Shown piece by piece: positions 1 through 8,847 of a stretch of 64,000 bases of DNA. How positions within the stretch are numbered: position 1 is the stretch's first letter; every line of letters begins with the position of its first letter. This DNA is from a virus, in IMG/VR virus record IMGVR_UViG_3300044729_003839, positions 32,001-96,000 of that record. The stretch is one strand, 5' to 3'. The notes beneath the pieces were generated by a model, which saw nothing but the letters and a program-made list of their open reading frames with translations, was not told the origin of the DNA and made no database searches. A program made the translations under genes and the position numbers.

Positions 1-208
1 GAGCTTCGTGCTTGTTCGGGTTGTAGCTAGTGACAACCTGATCAAGATCTCCCTCCTCAAATACCATTTTCTGGCCCGTAGAACTAATCTGCGGTCCGGA
101 CCTGAACAGCTCGACATAAACAACCCGTTTGGGTTGTTGTTCTGTCAAAGGGGAAGAGGCGTTTAAAACCTCTTCACCCCCTAACTGACCTTTAAAACGT
201 CTGGCCAT
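1..208 (-). CDS. Mu-like prohead protease/scaffold, N-terminal part (runs off the window)
   Basis: Not in ORF track. Hand translation from ATG at 208: MARRFKGQLGG...VYVELFRSGPQISSTGQKMVFEEGDLDQVVTSYNPNKHEA. The ELFRxG and DLDQxVxxYNPxxHEA motifs resemble Mu gp32(I)-type proteases. Confidence 0.7.
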   Translation of the reverse strand, partial: MARRFKGQLGGEEVLNASSPLTEQQPKRVVYVELFRSGPQISSTGQKMVFEEGDLDQVVTSYNPNKHEA

Positions 209-218
209 ATACTTTGCT

Positions 219-3047
219 TTACACGCCTAGGTTGGTCGCCCGTAAGAAGGCGTCGAACCTTTCACCGTTCCGGCTGAACGAATCGCTCAGGAGAGATACC
301 TGACCAAGCGGCGTGCGAACAATCGTAATAGCAAGCCTTTCAAGGGTCGGGCTTGTCGCGACATAAGCATCCATTCGAACAGTACCCTGCTCGAGAAGTT
401 CGGGAGAGTTATTAGAATCACCACAAACCACGAGATAAGCTTGCTCGGGTACAGAGCCAAATAACGCGCCCTGGTTATAGAACTGGTTTAGGACTTGTGT
501 CGCAATCGAACTTACTTTGCTGTACACCGTACCGGCAGAGTCAATACTCTCGAAGAGAATGTCATCAAAGCTGCGATTCATAACATCAATCAACGCGTTG
601 AGGATTACGCGGGTATTGACGAAGCGGAACAGCGGAGAACTGGACAGAGTTCGAGAACCCCAGACCACAATTCCACGGTTAGGAAGCGAACGGATTGGAT
701 TAAGACCCAAGGCGTAAGTAACTTCTTGCTGCTGAGCACTGATTTTGAATTTGACATCGTTTACGCCGCGCAGCGGGTAACGAGAACCGGCAGGGGGCTG
801 CTGGAATCCTTCGTTGATGTAACGACTGGACGCGATACCGGCCACGTAACCGCTTGCGGGCACGAAGCGATCGTCCGTATTACGAAGGTACGGTGCAAAG
901 TAAGCGGCATGCCCGAAGGGAACGCCCACGACACGCTTAATAAGGCTGAGTTCATCTTGCGCTTCGGACACGTTTTCAATATCCCCCCCGCAATCGATCA
1001 ACGCCATATGCTGGGTGTTTGTAATACCTTCGGTGGTGCCGAAACGCCCTTCGGCAGCCGCCACAAGCGTCTGTGTGACCTTCAGGCGTTCGCCAGCCGC
1101 ATCGCTCTTGGATGCGAGGTCCGAGCCTGCCCCATACGCAAGCTCTCTATATGCCTCAGGGGCAAACAAGAACCCGGGAGCGTAGTACTCACCGCCCATA
1201 CCTTTTTCAATGGCATATACAAAGTCTTGAGCTTTGGCTTGGGCGGACATTTTGTAAGACGCGTAGCCTACGTTCTCATCAATAGACGTCAGCTTGACCA
1301 CATTCTCGTCAATAAGCCCTTGGCGATTAGTCCCCGAAAGTACCGGGCTTACAATCCCATTTTTGGAGGTAATCTTTACCTTAAGAATGTAGTCGTGCGA
1401 GAAGAAGCCGTTGGCAAACGATTTATCAACATAGGCTTTGGTACCGGCGGTCACGGTGACGGTGGCCGGAGTCACCACTATTGCGGTGTTGCTAGTAAGC
1501 GTGGTTACGGTGAACCGAGTTCCACCAGCCACAAGCACACTCCCCACACCGAGTTCTTGTGTGAACAAAGTTCCGACACCAGTGACATTGCCACCGGCAA
1601 CGGCAACAGTCCCCGTCAGTTCGATATCATTGATATCCGGACGGATAAAGGGCGAGCCGTGACTCGACACGAGATTATTAATCACCCGATATCCGTTGTT
1701 CGGTGCGTAGACACCTGCCGAGTACTCAGAGCCGGTAGAAACCGCTTCGACATTATAATATTGGTCAAGATCTTTCTCCTGCAGGATAGAGATGATCTCG
1801 TCGCGGAGATTTTCTGCAAGTTCATCCGGATCCGCACCGTTAACAATCAGTGCGCGATTCTCACCCGCCACGCGAATGTAAAACACTTGCACCGAGTCGG
1901 GCAGATAACCGCTTCGCACACCGGCACTGATAGTCCCTGTAGGGACAACAGCATTCAGGCCGGACACAAGCTTAGTGAACTTACTGGTTGAGGTGGAGTA
2001 AGTCCAGTACGCGGCATCGGCATCGGGCCATTTATCACCCGACCCTACACCGGACGTAAAGTCCTTGCTAATAGCAACGATCTTGCCGTTAGGTACACTG
2101 GCATAAATACCCTGATCGGCCAGGAAATCCTTAAGCGCGGAGGACTTGTCATCCGCATCGGTCATATCATAAGTGCCGGGGGTGTCGCTATTCGCGGCGG
2201 CAACAAACAAGCTCAGGGCCGAACCGTCCACATAAAGAACAGGTTCGCCAGTGGCGATGTCGCGGCTGTTACAACGGAAATTAACCTCTTTGACCGAAGT
2301 GTACACCTTGATGATATCGGCAGTGTTCAGCGAGAGCTTAGTCGCATATTGCGTATCACTGATGTTATAGGCAAAGAAATCGTCAACCTCCGGCAACACC
2401 GAGTTGTCCCGGGCGAAAATGCGGAATCTGCCCAACAGCGCTTCGTCCGCAGTCTGCTCGACCCGATAGAAGTCGGAGAAGCTGTCCGAGTTACCACTAG
2501 ACAAATACTCGTACAGATCGCGAGCATTATCCAGTTTGTCAATACCGGTCGTGGTAATGACTTTGATTTCATCACCATCGTCGTCCGGAACACCAATAGG
2601 CGTACCGAAATAACGGCCATTCACCTTCAACGCGAAGGCGTTATACCCCGCACCAGCGCTACTCGGTTGCAGGTCGATAACCGTCTCGGGCGTCGGGGTT
2701 ACTCGTGTAAAGTAAAGAATTCCATTAACACCTACGTTGTCGAAGTACGCTTTGACCGAGTCGTAGGTAGTGAGTGCGCCGCGACTGCCGGTAGGAGCTG
2801 ATCCACCAATCTGATTCAAAAAGTCCTGTGCCGACGCGACTTGAGTCGGGGTGTAAGGCAGGAAGGACGAGTAGATTCCCTCTGCATTGTCGCCGTAATA
2901 CTCTTCGGCCGGGGTCGTACCGAACAAATAACCGACCGCATGGGTCGCAATGGGTTGCGGAAGACCTCCGGTCACCGACTGGGCGATAAAAACCCCTGGC
3001 CGGTTAAGGTTAGCCGCATTGACTGTAATCGAAGTTGCCAAGGTCAA
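219..3047 (-). CDS. Contractile tail sheath protein (942 aa, large insertions)
   Basis: N-terminal RPGVFI; C-terminal AAYFAPY, VPASGYVAG, FQQPPAG, GLNPIRSLPNRGIVVWGSRTL, FRFVNTRVILN are typical sheath motifs. Confidence 0.93.
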   Translation of the reverse strand: MTLATSITVNAANLNRPGVFIAQSVTGGLPQPIATHAVGYLFGTTPAEEYYGDNAEGIYSSFLPYTPTQVASAQDFLNQIGGSAPTGSRGALTTYDSVKAYFDNVGVNGILYFTRVTPTPETVIDLQPSSAGAGYNAFALKVNGRYFGTPIGVPDDDGDEIKVITTTGIDKLDNARDLYEYLSSGNSDSFSDFYRVEQTADEALLGRFRIFARDNSVLPEVDDFFAYNISDTQYATKLSLNTADIIKVYTSVKEVNFRCNSRDIATGEPVLYVDGSALSLFVAAANSDTPGTYDMTDADDKSSALKDFLADQGIYASVPNGKIVAISKDFTSGVGSGDKWPDADAAYWTYSTSTSKFTKLVSGLNAVVPTGTISAGVRSGYLPDSVQVFYIRVAGENRALIVNGADPDELAENLRDEIISILQEKDLDQYYNVEAVSTGSEYSAGVYAPNNGYRVINNLVSSHGSPFIRPDINDIELTGTVAVAGGNVTGVGTLFTQELGVGSVLVAGGTRFTVTTLTSNTAIVVTPATVTVTAGTKAYVDKSFANGFFSHDYILKVKITSKNGIVSPVLSGTNRQGLIDENVVKLTSIDENVGYASYKMSAQAKAQDFVYAIEKGMGGEYYAPGFLFAPEAYRELAYGAGSDLASKSDAAGERLKVTQTLVAAAEGRFGTTEGITNTQHMALIDCGGDIENVSEAQDELSLIKRVVGVPFGHAAYFAPYLRNTDDRFVPASGYVAGIASSRYINEGFQQPPAGSRYPLRGVNDVKFKISAQQQEVTYALGLNPIRSLPNRGIVVWGSRTLSSSPLFRFVNTRVILNALIDVMNRSFDDILFESIDSAGTVYSKVSSIATQVLNQFYNQGALFGSVPEQAYLVVCGDSNNSPELLEQGTVRMDAYVATSPTLERLAITIVRTPLGQVSLLSDSFSRNGERFDAFLRATNLGV

Positions 3048-3076
3048 ATTCTCCGTTTTGACAGACTTATCACTAA

Positions 3077-3085
3077 GCTTTCAAC
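3077..3085 (-). promoter_or_regulatory. Putative late promoter box GTTGAAAGC (sheath)
   Basis: GTTGAAAGC-TTAGT-G, about 30 nt before the TTG start at 3047. Confidence 0.75.
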
Positions 3086-3094
3086 TACCTGCAC

Positions 3095-3385
3095 CTAATT
3101 TGCAACTCCCATGCCCTGATATAATTCGTATAACGAGTTCACAAGCCAGTCCGAACAAAAAACTTCACCATTCAAGATCTGTTTCTTGCCTAACATCTTG
3201 CTCACTCTGCGTACAAGTTTATTAAAATCTTCTGAATCAATCACCTTAGAAGTGGATACCACAAACCGGTTAAGCTCAGTAATATCAGCCTTCAAACACA
3301 CCGCGTATAATATTAACGCCATGTGCAAGAATTCTTCGGGCGTAGCATCTGCGCTAAACTTGTGGACTGACGGGTTCTTCTGCAT
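3095..3385 (-). CDS. Hypothetical protein (96 aa)
   Basis: Fills the gap between the chaperone-like genes and the sheath on the same strand. Confidence 0.6.
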   Translation of the reverse strand: MQKNPSVHKFSADATPEEFLHMALILYAVCLKADITELNRFVVSTSKVIDSEDFNKLVRRVSKMLGKKQILNGEVFCSDWLVNSLYELYQGMGVAN

Positions 3386-3806
3386 TTCCTTGTGGATTAT
3401 TCATTTGATCCATCGCCTCTTTATGGATAAGGCACATGGCGGCAAACTTGGACAGGGGGATTTTTTCCATTTCCGATACATTTTGAAACGAGCCGTTTTG
3501 AATGGAATAGCATTGCCTGAGCCAGGACTCTTTGTCCAAGTAGTTAACTAGAATGGTATTTGATATCGCCTTGTACAAGGCGCGGATAGCGCGGGGGGTA
3601 AGTTGCGATATACGTGTCGGAGACTCTGACACCTTGAGAAGGTTGAGCACTTTGACCAGGGAATCCGCGCTTAAAGTTTTGCCGTCATCCGATAACAAAT
3701 AGTCAAAGAATTCGATGTCCGCGCCTGTCGCATCGCGAAACACTATCTCGTTACCCACCTCGTCTAAACAAGTAACGGTATAATCATAACTCTCCTGTAC
3801 CGTCAC
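3354..3806 (-). CDS. Putative tail assembly chaperone-like protein
   Basis: Small protein with FRDATGADIEF motif; overlaps the upstream chaperone-like gene. Confidence 0.5.
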   Translation of the reverse strand: MTVQESYDYTVTCLDEVGNEIVFRDATGADIEFFDYLLSDDGKTLSADSLVKVLNLLKVSESPTRISQLTPRAIRALYKAISNTILVNYLDKESWLRQCYSIQNGSFQNVSEMEKIPLSKFAAMCLIHKEAMDQMNNPQGNAEEPVSPQV

Positions 3807-4158
3807 TTTTCATATCTTTGTCATCCGCCCCCAGAAGTTGGTTAATCGCCTCGCCCAGGAGACGGATTTGTTTTGCGCGAAGACGTTTCGCATCCTTAAG
3901 GGTGAGTTTTCTACCTCCGTTCTCCGGACTATGCAAGATGCAAATCGTTTTCAGAGTCGCCTGGATCTCATCAAGTTTCTCATCATTCGAGATGGAAGTA
4001 ATTTCAATCAAGTCTTCGGCGGACGGCTCGTGCAGAGACAGGAATTTACCCGGCGCGATTTCCACCGAGATGATTTCAGCAGGACCGAAGTCAAATTCGT
4101 CAAGACCGTCATTAACCGACGTCTCGATCTCTCTAATTGTCTTAGAACTCAAAGCCAT
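3784..4158 (-). CDS. Putative tail assembly chaperone (Mu gp41/P2 gpE-like)
   Basis: LSLHEPSAEDLIEI and C-terminal LTLKDAKRLRAKQIRLLGEAINQLLG resemble tail chaperone patterns; same strand block as the sheath. Confidence 0.55.
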   Translation of the reverse strand: MALSSKTIREIETSVNDGLDEFDFGPAEIISVEIAPGKFLSLHEPSAEDLIEITSISNDEKLDEIQATLKTICILHSPENGGRKLTLKDAKRLRAKQIRLLGEAINQLLGADDKDMKSDGTGEL

Positions 4159-4180
4159 TTTTACAAGTGCGGGCTAAAAG

Positions 4181-4221
4181 TCTTTAAACGGTTTTTTCGC
4201 CAACTGTAAAAAGTTGAAAGC
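4181..4221. promoter_or_regulatory. Divergent pair of putative late promoter boxes
   Basis: Minus-strand variant GTTTAAAGA-CTTTT-A (4181-4189) faces gene 4158; plus-strand GTTGAAAGC-TTTGG-G (4213-4221) faces gene 4251. Confidence 0.65.
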
Positions 4222-4250
4222 TTTGGGTAGGATAAGCTTGTCGTTGTCAA

Positions 4251-4589
4251 ATGGCGGTTCAAATAAATCCGTACCTGAGGTGGGTTGGGGTACGTCAAAA
4301 TTCTGATTATCGCTCGAGGGAGACGCAAGCCTCGAGTCTGACAAGGCAGATGCTGAGTCAGGCGGAATATCTACGCAATCGGAACAGAGTAAATCCCGGC
4401 CCGTTACGCAATTTACGTGCTAATGCGGCTGACTCAGCACAACAAATCCCGCACGGCACATGCAACGAAGATGTATGGGGATGGCAGAAATGGACGGAAG
4501 AGGGCGAGTATTTACTCCCTACTGATCTGGCAACTAATCTGCTTGAACGCCAGAATTTAAAAGACATTCCCGGGTGCGGTGAAAGCTAA
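4251..4589 (+). CDS. Hypothetical protein (112 aa)
   Basis: ATG downstream of a late box; ends GES-stop over the next box. Confidence 0.65.
   Translation: MAVQINPYLRWVGVRQNSDYRSRETQASSLTRQMLSQAEYLRNRNRVNPGPLRNLRANAADSAQQIPHGTCNEDVWGWQKWTEEGEYLLPTDLATNLLERQNLKDIPGCGES
4578..4586 (+). promoter_or_regulatory. Putative late promoter box GGTGAAAGC
   Basis: GGTGAAAGC-TAAAT-A upstream of ATG 4618. Confidence 0.65.
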
Positions 4590-4617
4590 ATAGTATAATA
4601 CATGAGATGTCGAGTTA

Positions 4618-5610
4618 ATGGTCCCTAATTATAATAATCCAGGCCAGATTAACGACGAAGCGCTGAATATTGCTGGCGGGAGGACGTTCCAGGTCATTCA
4701 GCTCGCTGACAGCGAGGGAAATGTAGTTGATCCGTTGACGGGAGATGGGATTACTGTAGAAGTCGGATCGGCAGTAGAAATTAGTAATGAGTCTGACAAC
4801 CCGGTCCCTGTTCAACTCCCGTACCTAGTAAGTGTTAACAATAGTAAGACGTCGGGAGGTCTCTCCCCTAACCAGAATTGGAACGCTAGTGGAGCCGGAG
4901 ACGAAATCCTTGAATATGGCACGGTAACGGTGTGTGTATTCTCGGACCGGGATTCTGCCACTGGCGGGCTTGTGTTCGAAGCGTCGTTAGACGGCACTAA
5001 TTGGCAGGTCATGGAGTCCTACAGCTACAAAGCGGCTGAAGGACTGGAAAGCTTTTCCATGGCCCCTAGTGGGCGTTATTTCCGCGTTCGGTTTGTCAAC
5101 GGTGCTGTCGCCTCTACTTTCACGAGAGTACAGACACTCTATCGACAGGGATATACCAAGTCCTCTAGCCATCGCATTGGCGATGTAATCAGCGCGGAGA
5201 AAGATGCGGAACTGGTGAAGGCGGTCCTGGCCGCAATGAAACCGAATGGTGATTTTACCGATATTCATTGCACGGCAGGCGGAAATCTTAAAGTCTCGGT
5301 CGAAGAAACAGAAGGTCCGATCGAGACTTCCGTACCCGTTCGCACTCCCACCACGACAAGTGTGGCCAGCAGCGCCAGCAGCGTAACGATCCTTGCGGCA
5401 AACGCCAACCGCAAAGGATTCTCGATCAGCAATATCAGCACCAGAAAGCTGTATTTGAGCTTTACCAATCCGGCAACAACAGCAAACTGCTTTATTGAAG
5501 TACCTGCCGGGGCCTTCTTGCTGCTCGATCAGCAGTGCATTGTTCCGAATGCTATCTACGGCATCTGGGCCAGTGCTAATGGTGCTGCTCAAGTCACGGA
5601 GTACGTCTGA
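4618..5610 (+). CDS. Virion/tail-fibre-associated beta-rich protein
   Basis: EASLDGTNW...YFRVRFVNG jelly-roll-like segment; C-terminal ILAANANRKGFSISN domain; heads the fibre cassette. Confidence 0.65.
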   Translation: MVPNYNNPGQINDEALNIAGGRTFQVIQLADSEGNVVDPLTGDGITVEVGSAVEISNESDNPVPVQLPYLVSVNNSKTSGGLSPNQNWNASGAGDEILEYGTVTVCVFSDRDSATGGLVFEASLDGTNWQVMESYSYKAAEGLESFSMAPSGRYFRVRFVNGAVASTFTRVQTLYRQGYTKSSSHRIGDVISAEKDAELVKAVLAAMKPNGDFTDIHCTAGGNLKVSVEETEGPIETSVPVRTPTTTSVASSASSVTILAANANRKGFSISNISTRKLYLSFTNPATTANCFIEVPAGAFLLLDQQCIVPNAIYGIWASANGAAQVTEYV

Positions 5611-5867
5611 TGGCTATTTTTCTGACTCCCGGCGACTTCGCCCCTGCCGCGCAGGGTGTGACCAACGGCAACAGTCACGACCACAACGGCGGCGATGGGG
5701 CGCAGATCGCCTACAGCAGCCTGTCGGGATTGCCCCCCGTTGTGCTATCCGACCCGACCGGCATCACCGGAGCCGACGCCGTGACCAACATCATCAGCCT
5801 CACGCAGGCTGAATACGACGCCATCGCAACGCCTAGCGCTACCACTCTTTACGTGATCACAAGCTGA
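5610..5867 (+). CDS. Small tail-fibre-associated protein
   Basis: C-terminal LTQAEYDAIATPSATTLYVI is a common phage fibre adaptor motif; TGATG coupling on both sides. Confidence 0.7.
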   Translation: MAIFLTPGDFAPAAQGVTNGNSHDHNGGDGAQIAYSSLSGLPPVVLSDPTGITGADAVTNIISLTQAEYDAIATPSATTLYVITS

Positions 5868-7660
5868 TGCCAACTACAACGGGAAAAATCTATTTAGGCA
5901 GCACGCTGGTTGCTGGCGGTGATGGTGGTGCTGTTACTGCTGAGTGGGTGCGCAATCCAGCGTGGCCGGCGCTGACGGAGCCTGGTGCAGCAGAGCAAAG
6001 GATTGTAGGGCTACATGCGGTGTGGCCTGGTGATGGCACCGGCCCTGGCGGCAACTTCGTTGCGTTCCTTGCGCAGGGCGCCTATACGATTGATTATGGC
6101 GATGGTACGGTGACAAATTATGCGAGCAATACCCGCGCAGATTATCAGTTTGACTTCAACGACCCGCAGCTTGCTGGCACTGATGCGCCAGTAACGTTCG
6201 CCGTTGCTACAAATGTCGTCAATCGCACTGCGCACGGCCTGAGCAATGGTGCTGGCATTAGGTTCTACAACCTGGTGAATACAACCGGCATCGTTGCCGG
6301 TCGGCTGTACTACGTCATCAACGCAGCGGCCAACAGTTTTCAGATTGCCGAAACTATTGGCGGTAGCGCTGTTGATCTAACCGGCACGGATGGCTCAGCC
6401 ACGCTGCTGCCGTACAAAGTGGCCGTGGTGACGATCACACCGCAGGCAGGGCAAAACATGACGTTGGTGAACTTTTTTCAGAAGCACGGTCAAACAGGGC
6501 TGGTAAATAACTATCCGACCGGCTGGCTAGATCTAGTAATGGCCATTCCGCAAGTCAGCGGCGCCAACTTAACGATTGGTGGTACAACGACTGTTGTTCA
6601 TGCGTTAATTGAGCGCATCAACATTGTGGCGGTTGGTGCGTTGACTTCGATGGCTGAGCTCTTTAATGGTTGCCGCAGTTTGCAATCGTTGCCGAGTTTG
6701 CCTAGTGCAACGGCGGTAACAAATATGGGCAGCATGTTTCAGAACTGCTTCAGCCTGCAAACGATACCGCCATTCCCTGGAAGCGTTGCAGCAGTAACGA
6801 CCATGAGCAGCATGTTTCAGAGCTGCTCCAGCCTGCAAACGATACCGCCATTCCCAGGAAGCGTTGCAGCAGTAACGAACATGATTAGCATGTTCTTTGG
6901 CTGCTCCAGCCTGCAAACAATACCGCCATTCCCGGGCAGCGTTGCAGCAGTAACGAACATGACCAACATGTTCTTTGGCTGCTCCAGCCTGCAAACGATA
7001 CCGCCATTCCCAGGAAGCGTTGCAGCAGTAACGACCATGAGCAGCATGTTTCAGGGCTGCACCAGCCTGCAAACGATACCGCCATTCCCGGGCAGCGTTG
7101 CAGCAGTAACGATCATGAACAACATGTTCCTTGGCTGCTCCAGCCTGCAAACGATACCGCCATTCCCAGAAAGCGTTGCAGCAGTAACGAACATGAGCTT
7201 CATGTTCCAAAGCTGCTCCAGCCTGCAAACAATACCGCCATTCCCGGGCAGCGTTGCAGCAGTAACGACCATGAGCAGCATGTTCTTTGGCTGCTCCAGC
7301 CTGCAAACGATACCGCCATTCCCTGACAGCGTTGCAGCAGTAACGAACATGAGCGGCATGTTTCAGAACTGCTCCAGCCTGCAAACGATACCGCCGATGG
7401 ACACATCAGGCGTATCGTCATCGGCTAATTTCGCCAACATCTACATCGCTGGCGGGCTCGCCCGTATTCAAGCCACCGGGCAGCGATTTACATTCTCCGT
7501 CGCCAACCAACGCTTATCCGCTGTCGCACTCAACGAGATCTTTGCCGGGCTGCCTACTGTCACCGGCCAGATTATTACGGTCACGGGAAACTACGGCATC
7601 AATGAGGCTGGCTACAACCCAACCATTGCCACGGCCAAAGGATGGACGGTGACGGCATGA
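5867..7660 (+). CDS. Tail fibre/receptor-binding protein with BspA/DUF285-like leucine-rich repeats
   Basis: Nine 26-aa repeats VTxMxxMFxxCxSLQTIPPFPGSVAA; C-terminal cap IATAKGWTV typical of phage LRR fibres. Confidence 0.8.
   Translation: MPTTTGKIYLGSTLVAGGDGGAVTAEWVRNPAWPALTEPGAAEQRIVGLHAVWPGDGTGPGGNFVAFLAQGAYTIDYGDGTVTNYASNTRADYQFDFNDPQLAGTDAPVTFAVATNVVNRTAHGLSNGAGIRFYNLVNTTGIVAGRLYYVINAAANSFQIAETIGGSAVDLTGTDGSATLLPYKVAVVTITPQAGQNMTLVNFFQKHGQTGLVNNYPTGWLDLVMAIPQVSGANLTIGGTTTVVHALIERINIVAVGALTSMAELFNGCRSLQSLPSLPSATAVTNMGSMFQNCFSLQTIPPFPGSVAAVTTMSSMFQSCSSLQTIPPFPGSVAAVTNMISMFFGCSSLQTIPPFPGSVAAVTNMTNMFFGCSSLQTIPPFPGSVAAVTTMSSMFQGCTSLQTIPPFPGSVAAVTIMNNMFLGCSSLQTIPPFPESVAAVTNMSFMFQSCSSLQTIPPFPGSVAAVTTMSSMFFGCSSLQTIPPFPDSVAAVTNMSGMFQNCSSLQTIPPMDTSGVSSSANFANIYIAGGLARIQATGQRFTFSVANQRLSAVALNEIFAGLPTVTGQIITVTGNYGINEAGYNPTIATAKGWTVTA
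6716..7396 (+). repeat. Tandem 78-bp coding repeat, about 8.7 copies
   Basis: Units start at 6716, 6794, 6872, 6950, 7028, 7106, 7184, 7262 and 7340; scaffold agcctgcaaacRataccgccattccc...agcgttgcagcagtaacg is near-identical. Confidence 0.97.
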
Positions 7661-8121
7661 CCATAAATCCTGGCTTTTACAAGTTCGACCGCGAGCTGCT
7701 CAGCTACGCGGCGACCAGCGTGTATGCACCCAACTACACCCTGCTGGCCGAGAATCACGTAACAATTGCATTTCCTGTCAACGGCTGGTCTTGGTTCAAC
7801 AGCCAATCAGAGGCCGAATCGTATTTCGGTATCAATGGCGCCACCGCTGGCAAGTGGCTGGAGTTTGGCGCTGCGCTTGCTGCTGATCCAGCGATTAACC
7901 AGTTCGTCGCCGCCATCGCTCAGGCTGCCCCCGTGCTGCACCTGATGATCGGAGTGGGCCTCGGTCAAGCCGCACAAGGTGACGTGCGCACATTTCTAGA
8001 GGCGTGGGGGCTGGGCCTGGCCGCCGAGATGATCCCCTCCGACCTGCAGCAACACTTGATCAGCATGTCCAGCGGCTACGACCTGCCGCAGCGATTCATT
8101 GACGGCCTGAGTGCCCCGTAG
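7657..8121 (+). CDS. Putative fibre-associated/chaperone protein
   Basis: ATGA overlap with the fibre stop places the start at 7657 (MTINPGFYK); PVNGWSWF motif. Confidence 0.65.
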   Translation: MTINPGFYKFDRELLSYAATSVYAPNYTLLAENHVTIAFPVNGWSWFNSQSEAESYFGINGATAGKWLEFGAALAADPAINQFVAAIAQAAPVLHLMIGVGLGQAAQGDVRTFLEAWGLGLAAEMIPSDLQQHLISMSSGYDLPQRFIDGLSAP

Positions 8122-8134
8122 TGTCCCGGCCTCG

Positions 8135-8197
8135 ATGACCACCCTCCTACTCCTACTCACCACACTGATCAACACGTTCGGAGCTGCTATCCCATGA
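8135..8197 (+). CDS. Hydrophobic micro-ORF (20 aa)
   Basis: MTTLLLLLTTLINTFGAAIP; ATGA-coupled to the next ORF. Confidence 0.35.
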   Translation: MTTLLLLLTTLINTFGAAIP

Positions 8198-8295
8198 CCT
8201 GTGATGTCGCAATGATCGCCGCGATGATGGCCCCAGCCAGCGTTGCCGTTGCGGTGCTACTGGTGGCGCTGCTGCGAATTGGATGGGTCGAGTGA
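8194..8295 (+). CDS. Single-TM micro-protein (33 aa)
   Basis: MTCDVAMIAAMMAPASVAVAVLLVALLRIGWVE; ATGA and TGATG couplings. Confidence 0.45.
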   Translation: MTCDVAMIAAMMAPASVAVAVLLVALLRIGWVE

Positions 8296-8438
8296 TGCCC
8301 TACCTGATCCGCTTCACCACTGCCGTTGCACTGGTGGCCGGCCTGCTGATCTGGCTGCTGAGTGCCGTGCCTTTACCGGTGGCGCTGGTCGTCGCGGTCG
8401 TCTGCGCTTGGCTGGTGTTTGACCTGGTGCAGCCGTAA
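8295..8438 (+). CDS. Two-TM micro-protein (47 aa)
   Basis: MPYLIRFTTAVALVAGLLIWLLSAVPLPVALVVAVVCAWLVFDLVQP; TGATG coupling. Confidence 0.55.
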   Translation: MPYLIRFTTAVALVAGLLIWLLSAVPLPVALVVAVVCAWLVFDLVQP

Positions 8439-8511
8439 GCCGTAGGTCAGCTCTCAACCCCAACCGATCCTCCTCTGGGGGGGGCAAACCGATGACCCGA
8501 GGTTACGAGGC

Positions 8512-8520
8512 GTTGAAAGC
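8512..8520 (+). promoter_or_regulatory. Putative late promoter box GTTGAAAGC
   Basis: GTTGAAAGC-CAATT-A upstream of ATG 8554. Confidence 0.75.
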
Positions 8521-8553
8521 CAATTAGCACCAGCCCACCACCTAAAATGTCAA

Positions 8554-8847
8554 ATGGCGGAAACTCGTTCTCAAAGTCGCAAATCGCAGCCTGGCGAGAG
8601 TGGGCCAGAAGAAATGCAAGCGCGGGAAACTCCCCCCTTAGAGAAGTCTCACCCCCTCAACAAAGTGCCGGATTTCAAATCCGAGCCGGAGGCTGCTCCT
8701 CCTGCAAAAGACTCAGATAAACCGGCATTTAAGTCCGGCGTGATCTTTCTAACCGAGAAAGATAGAAAACTCGCCTTGTCCATGACAAGGCAGATCTACT
8801 CTCGACTAGGCCTTAATTCAAAGGCCCGTTCTTACCGTGTCAATTAA
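8554..8847 (+). CDS. Hypothetical protein (97 aa)
   Basis: Follows a late box; low-complexity N-terminus, basic C-terminus. Confidence 0.6.
   Translation: MAETRSQSRKSQPGESGPEEMQARETPPLEKSHPLNKVPDFKSEPEAAPPAKDSDKPAFKSGVIFLTEKDRKLALSMTRQIYSRLGLNSKARSYRVN

Noticed and set aside
495-1991. 498-aa plus-strand ORF and similar long antisense ORFs (e.g. 6605..7384, 16547..17143, 17271..17777)
   Set aside because: They are shadows of well-supported genes on the opposite strand, with no recognisable motifs or start signals.
3784-3840. Mu-like GGGGGCG slippery site near the end of the first tail chaperone gene
   Set aside because: Both shifted frames hit TGA within a few codons, before the downstream ORF opens, so no fusion protein would result.
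5867-8500. Complete diversity-generating retroelement
   Set aside because: No reverse transcriptase, Avd or separate template repeat is visible in the window; kept only as a hypothesis for the LRR array.
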